DNA of 64,000 nt from Octopus vulgaris (GCA_951406725.2 OX597817.1:88660001-88724000), one strand, 5' to 3'; positions 1-12,345 are shown, counted from the stretch's first letter. Notes: a model not told the origin generated them from the letters alone. A program made the numbers and translations.

Positions 1-208
1 TCACTCAGCTGTAGAAATGTGTTGTGATGTCACTGGTGCCAAACTGTATTGGCCTTTACCTTTCCCTTGAATAACATCAGTAGCATGGAGAGGGAAAGCC
101 AGTATGCATGGGTGATAGCTGGTCTTCCATAAACAACTTTGCCTGGAGTTGTGCTTTGGTGGGTAGCTTTCTAGGTGCAATCCCATGGTCATTCATGACA
201 AAAGGAGG

Positions 209-480
209 TATGTATGTATGTATGTATGTATGTATGTATGTATGTATGTATGTATGTATGTATGCATGCATGTGTGTGAGTCTGTGTCTGTCCCCCGATC
301 TCTGCTTAACAACTGGTGCTGGTGTGTTTACATCCCTGTAACATAGTGGTTTGGCAGAAGAAACTGATAGATTAAGTACCAGGCTTTAAAAATGTCCTGA
401 AGTTGATTTGTTCAAGTAGACTTCTTCAAGGCGGTGCCCCATCATGGCCACAGTCAAATGACTGAAACAAATACAAGAAA
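209..480 (+). mobile_element. (TATG)n microsatellite plus 3' half of Octopus-type bipartite SINE
   Basis: (TATG)n at ~209-263, then the recurrent tail ...ATGGCCACAGTCAAATGACTGAAACAA seen many times in the window. Confidence 0.7.
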
Positions 481-954
481 GTATATTCAAAGGGTGTGTA
501 TTAGTTGGAAAACTTTAGGGAAGTAAAGTGAAAAAGCTATGTAGTGTTAAAAAAGTGAAATGTATGGGAAGTTTAAATAAAAGATTGTTACAATGAATTA
601 TCTGGATTAAAAAAAATCCTATTTGAAGTAGATGTTTCATGTTAGGGAACATTTCCAAACTGGACTACTTTAATTATTTGTTTAAGGATAGGTGCCATTC
701 ACTGGTGCAGACATATCTCAAAGAATTTAAGATGTTGAATTGAAGTTGTAGCATTGGCAAAGAAACTTTGGATGGTGAGCAGGATTAATCAAGTCCTCTA
801 AGACAATATTGAAAAGGTTGTATAATAAATATCCTATATAGGTAAGATTGAAGAAGTTTCAGCATATAGATTATGAATGTACAGAATTAAGGGTATTAGA
901 AACTAATCCAAACCTTAAAGTTTACCAGGGCTGATGAAATATGAGTCACAGAGG

Positions 955-1196
955 GCTCTTTACTCTTTTACTTCTTTTATTTGTTTCAGTCATTTCATTG
1001 CAGCCATGCTGGAGCACCACCTTTAGACGAATAAATCGACCCCAGAGCTTATTCTTTGTAAGCCTAGTACTTATTCTATCTGTCTCTTTTGCCAAACTGC
1101 TAAGTTACGGAGATGTAGACACACCAGCATCGGTTGTCAAGCGATGGTGAGGGGGACAAACAGAGACACACAAACATACACACACACATACATACA

Positions 1197-1232
<36 letters not shown>

Positions 1233-1397
1233 TACAACAGGCTTCTTGCAGTTTCCTTCTACCAAATTCACTCACAAGGCTTTGGTTGGCCCAAGGCTAT
1301 AGTAGAAGACACTTGCCCTAGGTGCCATGCAATGGGACTGAACCTGGAACCATGTGGTTGGTAAGCAAGCTACTTACCACACAGCCACTCCTGCGCC
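955..1397 (-). mobile_element. Full-length tRNA-derived bipartite SINE
   Basis: On -: head GGCGCAGGAGTGGCTGTGTGGTAAG...GGTTCCAGGTTCAGTCCC (A/B-box-like), central (TATG)n and the shared tail; many dispersed copies in the window. Confidence 0.8.
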
Positions 1398-2055
1398 TAC
1401 ATATTTAAAAGGCATGGTAAAAACCTTTAATCCAAGAGATAATATACAAATGAAGCTCATAGACAGGTAACTTTACTAAGAGGTTTACATCAAAACTTTA
1501 ACTGATGGCAAAGTTGACAACATTGCTTTCATCAAAGTTTTCCCAAGCAAGGCAGTGCCCCAGCATGACCACAGTCAAATGACTGAAACAAGTAAAAAAT
1601 AAAAGATAAGTGATCCTTGGAGAATCTCAGTTGCTGCCAAAGGTGATCAATATACAAATGGCAAAACTCCAGCTAATTTTTAGTCAAACCAAAGAATGCA
1701 CAAAACAAATACTTTTCTGTATTGATGTGAAGTGAAATGCAGTACTGAGACAGGAATGGTCATACAGGTACCTGAAAAGTGATTGGATTTAGAAATCAGA
1801 AAGAATCTATAAAGACTCAGTGGATGGGGCACTTTAGGTAAAAAAGATGAGATTGGTGTGATGTAAGTTGTTTGGAATGGTAATAACTTTGACTTCTGTA
1901 CAGAGTGAAGTTAGTGCTTTGGGTAAACGTATAATGTCTGTCTTTAGAGAAAGAAACATTGTAGTGAATTTACTCAGTGAAAGAAGAGAAATAATTGAAT
2001 AACTGTTAATAGTAAGATGAATCTATGAAATTGTTAAGTTTGTTGGTAAACTTAA

Positions 2056-2271
2056 CCCTTTTGGTACCAACCCACCTGAGCTCACCCCTACTTCTATTAT
2101 ACAAATTTCCTGTTTTCAAGTAATCTAAACCAAAACCTTCCATTAAAATTCCATGTCAATTTATCTTCCAAAATCCAGGTTGACAATCATAAAGTTATTT
2201 TATTAAATTCTTTATTTTCAAAATTAATAAAAAAAAAGAGTGTAGTTCAATAGAAATATGGTAACAAGGGG
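2056..2271. mobile_element. piggyBac-type MITE
   Basis: TTAA|CCCTTTTGGTACC ... GGTAACAAGGGG|TTAA: imperfect TIRs with TTAA target site on both sides. Confidence 0.7.
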
Positions 2272-3264
2272 TTAAAGGAATTGAAATATGTGACTTTTAA
2301 TCATGGTGATATGGTTACTACTTACCTGGATGTCATTGATATAACATCCAGGTTTGTGAGATGAGTGATTAAAAGGTAGATTTTATGTATGTACTAACTC
2401 CATTCTTTGGTGAAGTTAGAGTAGAAGATGTAATTATAACTTAAAAAGGAAGCAAACATAATAGGCACTTATGTTAAAAGGAGTAATGAATAGCTGATAA
2501 CATTAGGTGTTTTGTAGTATAGGTAAAAGCATTTCATTATGTTGAAAAAGGGATAAGAAAGCAGGATTCAGATAAAATTAGACTCAGAAGAAAGCAGAAT
2601 CTGTAGAATAGGTCTGTAGTGGCACAAGCAGTCAGCACCATAGTGGATGAGATCTTGCAGCAGCCATTGCCATCTCTGAGACTGGAGCAAGACCTCCCCT
2701 GCATCCATTTGCCATGCGCGAGATCACAACAAGGCTCACAATGGAAAACTATATAAAGGGAAAACCCGATTCAAATCTTTCTCTTTTGGCGCCACCTTCA
2801 CAGCAGCACTGGCTGAACACCACCACTGGCTGGACCTGTCTATAGGTTGTATCCCCAGAGGCAATGCACCCGCACTAACGGAGCTACTGCACAACGCACA
2901 CAGCTTAAGATGGTCACTGAGAGCAGCACACTTCACCTATCCTGTAAAACCTGTAAATAAAACCAGTTGTATATAGCATTTGTACTTGAAGTCTTCTCTC
3001 TTCGCCTGCCAGAAGCCTGAACAACATGAAGAACAAAAAGATGATGGAAGAAGACAATATTCTCCCAATATCATAAACCTTGCCTTCCATTATCGGTCTA
3101 AAGGATGCAAAATGAAAAAGAATAAGAAAGATTGAGAAACTTGTCAAAGCTGTTATGATGAGATTTTGTCATAATAACATAAACTGTATATTTATTTTGA
3201 TAGAATGTGTATATAATCAACTGCCTTAACCAATTTTGTAAAGTATCCTTTCTTTCACTTTCAG

Positions 3265-3532
3265 CTAAAAACAGGGAAGAATGAGTATGAAAACCGCATC
3301 ATTCTTCTGCATCCACAAAGAGAAAAATACATAGCGATGCTTGCTTGGTTGGTCATACGAACTACAGCAGTTCTTTCAAATAAACACATGCAAGAAATAA
3401 GTTTAAGAGGATCTCTGAAACTTGCATCTCAAGCTGACATATCATCAAAATTGATCAGCAAAATACCAGATTTTATCAATATGGATATATTTGCGAAATA
3501 TGTGCTCGGGAAGAAAAGGATAAAATATGAAT
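3265..3532 (+). CDS. CFAP54: CFAP54-like, internal exon (first visible exon; gene starts upstream of window)
   Basis: TTTCAG acceptor, open frame LKTGKNEYENRIILLHPQREKYIAMLAWLVIRTTAVLS..., resembling the CFAP54 LAWIAIRAAA segment as recalled. Donor GTAACA at 3533 is weak but gives the phase 1 required by the next exon. Confidence 0.65.
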
Positions 3533-5175
3533 GTAACATTGATTTTGTTTTATTTTGTTTTACATATTTTCCCATATATTTCTTGACTGTTTCTTGTTTT
3601 ATTCATAGATGGGAAGAAAATATGTGACTTTTAGCCATGGTTACTACTTAACCTGGATGTCATTGATATAACATCCAGGTTTGTGAGATGAGTGACTAAA
3701 AGGTAGATTCTATCTATGTGCTAACTCCATCCTTACTTGCATGGAGGAGTTTTTGCACAGAGACTACACAATAATTGTAGTAACAGGATTTGAACACAAA
3801 TGTATGGTAATTTTTTTTAGTTCTTTTATTTCATGTATCATTGGATAGAAATAAAAGTCATTATTTTGCAACATTAACACTAACTTGACCTATAATAATT
3901 AAAAACAACAGTGATTAAATGAAATGAGGTTTTCTATCAAAGAAATCATCTTTCACACTGATAAAGTTCTGTTTTATTAGAAGGAAACCAACCTTTGACA
4001 TGTAGCATTGTCAACCAACAGCTAAAGACTGTTTATCATGAGTAACAATTATGAAGAACTTCATTTAGTTCCTAGCTCAGAATGAGGTTTTATTTCTTTC
4101 AGGTAGTTGACATGGTATTGTTGTATAATTCTTTAGCTACGTAAATTGTTTTTCCTTTCTGAAGCGAGATAGGATAGTTGTTTCTGTTTTGTGACAGTAA
4201 GTAATGTTCAATGTAAAGAGTAGAATGTTCAGTTGAAATTAAAATTTTGTATTATATATGTATAAAGGGTTTTTTCATCTGCAGAAACATTTCATCACAG
4301 CAGCTTCATGGCCAATTACATTTAATTACTAAATTGGTATGATGCCTGAAGAAAACAGCATTTCATAGATTGTAGCAGACAAAAATCATTTGCTATGATC
4401 TGTGTATGCATTTATGCACCAAGCAGGTATATAGGAGGTCCTCTCAAGGCATGTAACACAGTACTTGCTGTTCTAACAAGCCATCCACATTAAGCTGGAT
4501 ATAAATATTGCCTTTTGGTACTAATGCTGCTTCTGTAGCTAATAATTAATTATGGTAAACCTTTTTCTCAGTCAGAAATTAAACATATTAAGGTTTTTCT
4601 TATTTGCAATAAACTTTGGTTGTTAGTTTGAGTTGGTATCTGACCACATGAAATAATTCTGCTGCATGTTAGAATGTTAAAAAAGATTAGTCTCAGTTAA
4701 TAAAAGAGAAAAATAGCAGAAAGATGGAAAAAGTAAATTAAGATTTTATGTACAACTAATTTTCTTTCATTACTTGTACCATCAAGTTAATGAACAACTC
4801 CTAGTGACTTGTTTTCATTGCCTTCCTATTGAAATTTTTTCAAGTTACCATCTTACTATGTGTATAAGTTCTCCACTTATGTTCTGACTCTGTACAGAAA
4901 CTGAACAAATACCGCAAAGCATTTTCCCTAAAGCTCTAACAGTCTGGCCAGTCCACTGCTTTGTACCTGTATTTGATTTTTATTAAATCTGGAAGGATGA
5001 ATGGTGAAGGTGACTGTGGCAAGACTTGAACTAGATGACCTGGAATAGATGCAAGACATTATCTACAACACTAATGATTTTTCCAATTTGCTACCTTTAC
5101 AATTAATTTTTGACTAAAACAAATTACAATATTCTTTCATACTTTGTTGCTTATTTCTTTTCATCTTTTTTTTAG

Positions 5176-5310
5176 GTGAATTTGATAAAGAATATGCTGA
5201 AATGATGAAGAACCAGCCTCAGAAGTTTGAGAATACAGAATCTGATGAAGAACAAATGAAGAAAATAAAAGCTATAAGCTCCTCAAAGATTTCATGGATG
5301 CATATATTTT
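5176..5310 (+). CDS. CFAP54: CFAP54-like exon
   Basis: Polypyrimidine-TAG acceptor and GTAAGT donor; EFDKEYAEMMKNQPQKFENTESDEEQMKKIKAISSSKISWMHIF; phase 1/1, joins in frame to the next exon. Confidence 0.8.
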
Positions 5311-6270
5311 GTAAGTGTTTATTAGTTGATTATTATTAATTTCCATTTGATGTGGATTCAGAACATAAAAATGCAAAATTAAATATCTCAGAACAAAATT
5401 AAATATCTCACTGCAGAGTGGTTGGTGTGAGGAAGGGTATCCAGCCGTAAAAACCATGTCAAAACAGACAGAAAAGCATGGTGCAGTCTTCCATATAGCC
5501 AGCTCCTGTCAAAACGTCCAACCCATGCCAGCATGGAAAGCAGACGTTAAATGATGATGATAACAACTGTACTCTACTTACAACTCTACTAAACTACTTT
5601 TATTGAAATCCTCACAAATCTTAATTTAAACAATTAAGTCATCCACCATATCTAACGGTATCTAATAATGGATAAATCTATTATTACCTTTGTAAACTTC
5701 ACAATGGCATCTTCTTATTGAGCAATCAAAATCTAAGTAATTGTTGTACACTTTTTCGAATAATACAATTACCACTAATTATTAATAGTTTGTAGAATTT
5801 GAAATTAGTATAATTATTACTTTCATATTCAAGTTTTCAATTTCTGCCAGGTCACTGGCCAATGTCTGCAAGCCTTATCATTTGCCTTTCCAATATGTAT
5901 CAGTATAATCCTATGGGCTGGAGTTTCAGGTGAAGATAGTATTGCTTCACAATCATCAGATGGAATCATCATGAATTGAAGTCAAACACTGCCAAAACAA
6001 AAATAAATAATAAAAAGATGGCTGCTAGTGAAGCTTTGCATGCAAAGCGTTTTTGGAAAGGAAAATCAGGTTATATAAAGAAAAATATTTTAAAAAATAA
6101 CCCTTTTTTTTATCTTTCTTGAAAGGTTTTGCATGCAGTAGTTTTGTAACAGCCATTTTGGGTGGGTAGGTGGGAGTTGTTAACGTTTGTAATGTGCCTT
6201 TCTGATGAGTATAAAGAATTGTTAGCTTCACATGAAACTCCAAGTCTTATATCTTAGTATAACTGTTAAT

Positions 6271-6570
6271 AAGGCATGGCTGTGCAGTAAGAAGCTTGCT
6301 TCTCAACCACATGGTTCCAGGTTCAGTCCCTCTGCACGGCACCTTGAGCAAGTGTCTTGTACTATAGCCTTGGGCCAACCAAAGCCTTGTGAATAGATTT
6401 GTTAGATGGAAACTGAAAGATTCTTGTCATGTATATATATATATATGAATGTATCTATGTGTGCATTTTGTGTCTGTGTTTGTCCCCCTCGTCACCACTT
6501 GACAACTGCTGTTCGTGTGTTTACATCCCCATAACTTAGCAGTCAAATTATTGAAACAAGTAAAAGAATA
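6271..6570 (+). mobile_element. tRNA-derived bipartite SINE (partly deleted tail)
   Basis: Same family as 955-1397, in the opposite orientation. Confidence 0.75.
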
Positions 6571-6866
6571 GTTGAGTGCTTTTTGTTTTTTTCACTAAAA
6601 ATCATAAATTATCTTTCATATGTGTGTGTGTATGTAATGAATATTAAATTTCTATTTTACCCAATATAAGGAATAATTTAATAAAAATAAAGTGATGTGG
6701 GTGGAAGTGAGGTAAGAAATTACACATAACAGTGCCAAATTGAACACAGCATATATTTATAATAATCAATATCTTTGCAGAATTGACTTCTTCATGTTAT
6801 TATTATATTTCTTGAGCAAACTTGAAATACTTGCCAAAAATAACCTATTTTCTATTTATTCCACAG

Positions 6867-7473
6867 CTTACTTGGTTTCTTTGTCTGATGAACTTTACCA
6901 AACTATTGTTTCTGCTAATGAAACATTTCAAGAAGACACTTCTGAATCTGATGAAGCACCAGAATCATTTTATAAAACTTTCATGTATTCTATGCCACTT
7001 GATCAGTCTATAAGGCTACAATATACTAATACTTATTCCTTTCTTAGTAACAATTTTCCATTATTTTCTCGGTATTGTTCTACTATTAACATTCCGGCTG
7101 AAGTTGAAGAGTTGGCTGTCGCATTAAATAATATAATGGAAGAGGATCAAAATATCATATCTGAATCATTGAAAGCTCTAAATCTTGAGAATTGTTCAGC
7201 AAAAGGTTTATTACAAGATTCCCTGAGTGTAAATCATAAAGTTATCTCTATGTTCCCTTGGTCCTTACCATATCCTAAATCTGAGGAAGTATGTTTCCAG
7301 TGGTATAGTCCCTTATTTGAGTCTCTGTCTCGAAAAAACTTACCAGATGATTCTGAGTCAAACAATATGCATCTTCTTTGTTCCATGACTAAAAAAACTA
7401 AACAAGATGAGTACTACTGCTACACAAACAAATTCATATTGCCACGCAAATTTGCTGTTGATCTTTACAAACG
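6867..7473 (+). CDS. CFAP54: CFAP54-like exon (core of ORF 6740-7507)
   Basis: CCACAG acceptor and GTATCA donor; contains EEVCFQWYSPL, matching the CFAP54 LCFQWYIPPL motif as recalled; phase 1 in, phase 2 out. Confidence 0.8.
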
Positions 7474-7598
7474 GTATCAGTATATATTTTACTGTTTTTA
7501 TATCTAGCTTCATATTAATTGATTTCTACTTTGAACATAAGATAGAAAATAGTGGTCTATTTAGTGAAAGCATAATAAATGAATGAAATATTTCAGTG

Positions 7599-8847
7599 TA
7601 TCATCATCATCATCATTTAATGTCTGCTTTCCATGCTGGCATGGATTGGACTGTTTGATTGAAGACTGGCAAGCCAGGAGGCTGCACCGGGCTCCAATCT
7701 GATCTGGTGAAGTTTCTACAGCTGGATGCCCTTCCTAATACCAACCACTTTGAGAGTGTAGTGGGTGCTTTTTAAGTGCCACCAGCACAGGAGCCAGTCA
7801 GGCAGCACTGGCATTGACCACACTTGAATGGTGCTCTTTACATGCAACCAGCACAGGTGCCAGTCTAGTGGTACTGGCATCGGTCTCACTCGAATGGTGC
7901 TTTTTATGTGCCACTGGCATGGATGCCAGTCAGGCAGCACTGGCATTGGCCTTGCTTGAATGGTGCTTTTTATGTGCCAGTCAGGTGGCACTGGCATCAA
8001 CCATGACTACAACTTCGATAATTGAAGGTGTACTTTTAAATGGGCCAGTTGTACGACATTGGTATTGGCCATAGCTACGATCTCACCTGGCTTGCCAGAT
8101 CTCCTCAAGCACAGTATATATCCAAGGGTCTCAGTCACTTATCATTGCCATTGCTTCTGTGAGATCCAACACTCGAAGGTCATGCTTCACCACTTCATAC
8201 CGTGTCTTCCTGGGTCTACCTCTTCCACAGGTTCCTTCCACTGTTGGGGTATGACACTTCTTCATACAGTTGTCCTCATCCATATGCAACACGTGATCAT
8301 ACCAGTGCAGTCATCTCTCTTGCACACCACATCTGATGCTTCATATGTCCAACTTTTCTCTCAGGGTGCTTACACTCTGTTGTGTGTGCACACTGACATT
8401 ACACATCCAGCAGATCATACAAGCTTCATTTCTTTCAAGCCTATTATGTCCTCAGCAGTCACAGCCCATGTTTCACTGCTGTGTAGCATGGCTATTCACA
8501 CACAGGCATCATACCAGTCTACCTTTCACTCTGAGTGAGAGGCCCTTTGTTACCAGCAGAGGTAGGAACTCTCTGAACTTTGCCCAGGCTAATCATATTC
8601 TAGCAGCTACGCTCTCAGAGCATCCACCCTGCTACTGAGTTGATCATCTAGGTAATGGAAGCTATCAGCTACTTCTAGTTTTCCCCCTGGCATATGATGG
8701 AATCTGTTTTCTGCACATTTTCAGTGTTTATTGCCCCTGTGCATCTGCAACACACAAAAACTATCTTCCCAGTTAACCTTCCTTTCATATTACTGCACCT
8801 CTTATGTCTCCATAGCTTACACTGGGTACATCTTATGGAGTGTCTAC
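7599..8847 (-). mobile_element. 5'-truncated degenerate RTE-clade LINE
   Basis: (CAT)n 3' tail at 7599; homologous to the 13134-14450 copy; includes partial Cys-rich finger SIRCTQCKLWRHKRCS...FVCCRC. Confidence 0.8.
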
Positions 8848-8975
8848 CAAGAGGACTCAGCACCATCCCACAGCTCCAAACAGGCACAACACTGGATTCA
8901 GAAAACATTCCATCGGTCATAGGCAAGGATATATGGCCCCCAAGAAGCCTCGATCTCAACCCATCGGATTTTTTT
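8848..8975 (+). mobile_element. Tc1/mariner transposase fragment
   Basis: QEDSAPSHSSK... (frameshift) ...IWPPRSLDLNPSDF, the QQD.AP.H / WP.SPDLNP catalytic-domain motifs. Confidence 0.7.
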
Positions 8976-9567
8976 TGTTTGGTTCATGGATTTGATGGTC
9001 TGCACTATTGAGGTCGCCATGCAGCTCACAGCAACGTGAACCCAGGTGGATGTGGGGGCCAGTTTCATGATAGGGGACAAGGAAATTAAACCATGAGAAG
9101 GGGAGGGTCAGAGCAAGTTCTTGTAAAAGATCTACCTGGCTTCTCACATCTAGTAAGGGAATGGGAAACAGAAAAAATAAATTATTAGTAGGAGCTGCAA
9201 GAGATAGATAAGTGTGATGAGGTGTCTGGAGTATGAATTCTTTAAACAACACAACTCTGTTCATTTTAATTATATACTTTTGACTCCTCCTCATTTGAAA
9301 AGCACCCGATACACTTTGTAAAGTGGTTGGTGTTAGGAAGGGTACCCAGCTACATGAGCCAAGCCAAATCAGACTATGGAACCTAGTACAGCCCCTGGCC
9401 TTGCCAGTCAGCATGAAAAACGGACATTAAATGATGATGATGATGATGACGATGACGATGATGATGATGATTTTAACTAAATTATTCTTACATGTATACT
9501 TTTTCACTTTCGATTTATTGTCAACAAAATTGCTTACTTAAAAGTTATTTTAATTTAATTTTGTCAG

Positions 9568-9697
9568 CATCAAGAAAGCCATACATATGAAGGAAATAAC
9601 TGAAAAACCTTTGAATCCTAAACACAAAAAACCTGTTCTCCATTCAAAAAAGTCATTTGGTTCATTTGCTTCAGATAGTGAAACCCAAGACAATCAG
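9568..9697 (+). CDS. CFAP54: CFAP54-like exon
   Basis: TTTTGTCAG acceptor and CAG|GTGACT donor; RIKKAIHMKEITEKPLNPKHKKPVLHSKKSFGSFASDSETQDNQ; phase 2 in, phase 0 out. Confidence 0.75.
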
Positions 9698-9769
9698 GTG
9701 ACTCTACTCAATGAACACTATTTTACATTATCTCTTTAGCTATATCGAAAATTTATATCACCAGCTTAA

Positions 9770-9985
9770 CCCTTTAGCATTTAAACTAGCTGCATCTGAT
9801 TCAAATCTTCTACATGTTTTATGTTGGCCAGATCCAGCCTCTCTTACATTTACCTGACAATGTTGTTCTAAAAATAAGCAATCGCATTATTGAAATCTTG
9901 AAGCTACAATTTAATGCATGTTTAATTCAAAGCAATATGAATAAACAAGCATTATATTTGATAGAGTAATCTGAATGCAAAAGAA
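9770..9985. mobile_element. piggyBac-type MITE (family also at ~48735-48954 and ~54500-54680)
   Basis: TTAA|CCCTTTAGCATT ... AATGCAAAAGAA|TTAA; three homologous copies seen in the window. Confidence 0.65.
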
Positions 9986-10454
9986 TTAAATAGTTTCTCC
10001 TCTGCTTCTAATTCTATAATCTCCAGCTGCTAACAATAAATGCAACTTTGCAAAAAAACTAATAATAATAAAAATAAAAATAATAATAATAATAATGATA
10101 ATAATAATAACTCTACACCACAGATTTGCTCTACAGCAAATATTCTACTCAATACTGCAAATTTGTTTGTCAGTTGCTTAACCTTAACCAGTTGAGCATG
10201 TCCCTTCGTGGCTGACGATATGTGCATCTCTGATCACAAGCAGAAGTAGTGGGGGAGCATCATAGCCATGTGTTGAAATGAATTCTTTGGGCCCTGATGT
10301 GATTGTGGGATTCAGAACTGATGCCACTTAATATGAAAAATGGTGCACAGACACATGTGATTTCATTAAAGCAGAAAGGATAATAAGATATTTATGCTTT
10401 TTAATAATGATTTTTAATTAAAAACATATTTTCATTAACTTAATTATTTTTCAG

Positions 10455-10526
10455 AAACATGTTTTATCAATTCTGCAAGAAATTCAGAAATTATTTGCAC
10501 CAGCATTGAAATCCATCATTTCCCAA
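10455..10526 (+). CDS. CFAP54: CFAP54-like exon
   Basis: TTTTTCAG acceptor and GTAATT donor; 72 nt, KHVLSILQEIQKLFAPALKSIISQ; phase 0/0. Confidence 0.75.
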
Positions 10527-10825
10527 GTAATTATTGTTCCTTTATAGTATTTGTTGCATGTATGTTAACTCTTTTTACAAAAATGTGTACATAAGAATTA
10601 TCTGATGAAACTATGTAAGATTTCAAATATTTATTATTCATGCAGTTACTGTCTCAGAATTATGTAATTTTTAAAATTCTATTTTCATATACCAACAAAT
10701 GTACACTGTTGCACATACATTTTAGTAATTCATTCATTACTACTTCCATACATACCAGAAGAATGAAAATAATGTTAGTTGTTAATTCAGTGCAAATTCA
10801 TTTCTAGTTGGCTTTTTAATGCTCT

Positions 10826-11860
10826 GTCATCATTTGACAATCCTTTTTCTATGCTAGCATGGGTTGAACAGTTCAACAACAACAAACGAGCCAGAGGACT
10901 CCACCATGTTCTATGCTTTAACTTGGTTTCTACAGCTGGATGCCCTTCCTAATACCAGCTACGTAACAGAATGTACTGAGTGCTTTTGTACGTGGCACCA
11001 GCACCAGTGAGGTTGTCAAGTACCTACAAGATAAGACTTCTCAGTTGAGTAGAGTATAGACCAGAGAAAGAAATTTGTATTCTCCATATTTTAAATGTTA
11101 GAGGGAGAAGAGTAAGTGTGCTGCTGAAGGGGCGAATACATAGCTTGCCTGGAAAGTGAAAGAGAGATAGAGAAAGGGAAAGAGAAGAAAGAAATGTGAG
11201 GTCTAGATACAATGTGAATATAAGACAGAGCAGGAAATGCTCTGAGTGAAAATAGTGTGACAGATGATGAGGGTTAGGAAATGAGGTAGACACAGAGGAT
11301 ATCAGTTCAGTGTAGCAAGAAGTGAAGAAAAAGATGAGTTGAGAGGGTAGACCTGACAGAGCCTGAATCCTGAGATGAATGAGTCTTCTCAAGCACAGTA
11401 TAATGTCTTTCATCTCTATCCCCTGTCATCTTCTCTGAGAGGCTCAACATCTCCAGGTCAGTCTTCATTCCGCATCTTCCTAGATCTACTTCTTCCACAT
11501 GTTCCTTCTATGTTCAGTGATCGGCACTTCTTTATACAACTCTCCTCATCCATCCTCATCACATGACTGTACCAGCACAATCTTCTCTCCTGCACACCAC
11601 AGCTGATGCCTATAATACCCAATTTTTCTTTAAGCTCATTTGTAATTTGTTGTACATGCTACACTGGCATTGCACATCCATCAGAGCATAGTTGTTTCAT
11701 TCCATTCAAGTTTTCACATGTCCTCCACATTCACAGCCATGTATCATTGCTGTTCATCTAAAGGCTTCACACAATCTGCCTTCCATCCTGACAGAGAGGC
11801 CTTTTTTTACCAACAGAGGTAAAAATCTCTGAACTTTCTCCAACCAGTTTGCATTCTTCA
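10826..11860 (-). mobile_element. Degenerate RTE-clade LINE 3' fragment
   Basis: Shares the tail (CAGCTGGATGCCCTTCC) and RT C-terminal region with the 13134-14450 copy. Confidence 0.65.
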
Positions 11861-12197
11861 TGCGACAAAAATGTTAAATTACTCTGATTTGTCTATTTTC
11901 TCCATTCCCATACCTTTGAGTGATGATCTTTAACTAAACCTTTTGTAGCTTATTACTCTGTTATAGCCCATTAGGAATTAAAGCATTCCCAAAACACGCC
12001 ATATGTTATAGGGTCCCTACAATCCTACTAGAAGTTCAGGGCCCAAAACCATATACACTTCAATATCAGATGTTCTAATAAATATCAGAACAGTAGATAG
12101 ATAAATGTATGCAATATTTAGTTTCATCAATTTAATTACATATACATTCTCTTTCATGCAAAGTTTAGAAAATTATACATTTTTCTTTCCTCAACAG

Positions 12198-12323
12198 ATG
12201 CCATTTGAAGAAACCAACTTAAACCACCTCCTGGAACTCTTTAATGTTAATGTGGGGTCACACCTTATTACTGGAGAACTAGCTGTTTGGTTAACTAGTC
12301 TTGTTTTCAATGAAAAAACTTAA
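12198..12323 (+). CDS. CFAP54: CFAP54-like terminal coding exon
   Basis: TTTCCTCAACAG acceptor; MPFEETNLNHLLELFNVNVGSHLITGELAVWLTSLVFNEKT*, resembling the recalled vertebrate CFAP54 C-terminus (VPFD..NLERLFDLANG...G.LFNWI). Confidence 0.8.
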   Translation: MPFEETNLNHLLELFNVNVGSHLITGELAVWLTSLVFNEKT

Positions 12324-12345
12324 ATGTAATTGCTAATGTTATCTG

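Noticed and set aside
77-341. ORFs with HTYI/CMYV/VCVC repeats here and at 15644-15933, 45346-45776, 56438-56725
   Set aside because: Translations of microsatellites and SINE bodies, not proteins.
6740-7507. 255-aa ORF as a standalone gene
   Set aside because: Only 6867-7473 is bounded by splice sites and joins in phase with neighbouring CFAP54-like exons; the rest is intron read-through.
7760-8000. CRISPR-like look of periodic palindromic repeats
   Set aside because: Eukaryotic context, no cas genes, and the inter-hairpin segments are themselves repeated rather than unique spacers; it lies within an RTE tail.
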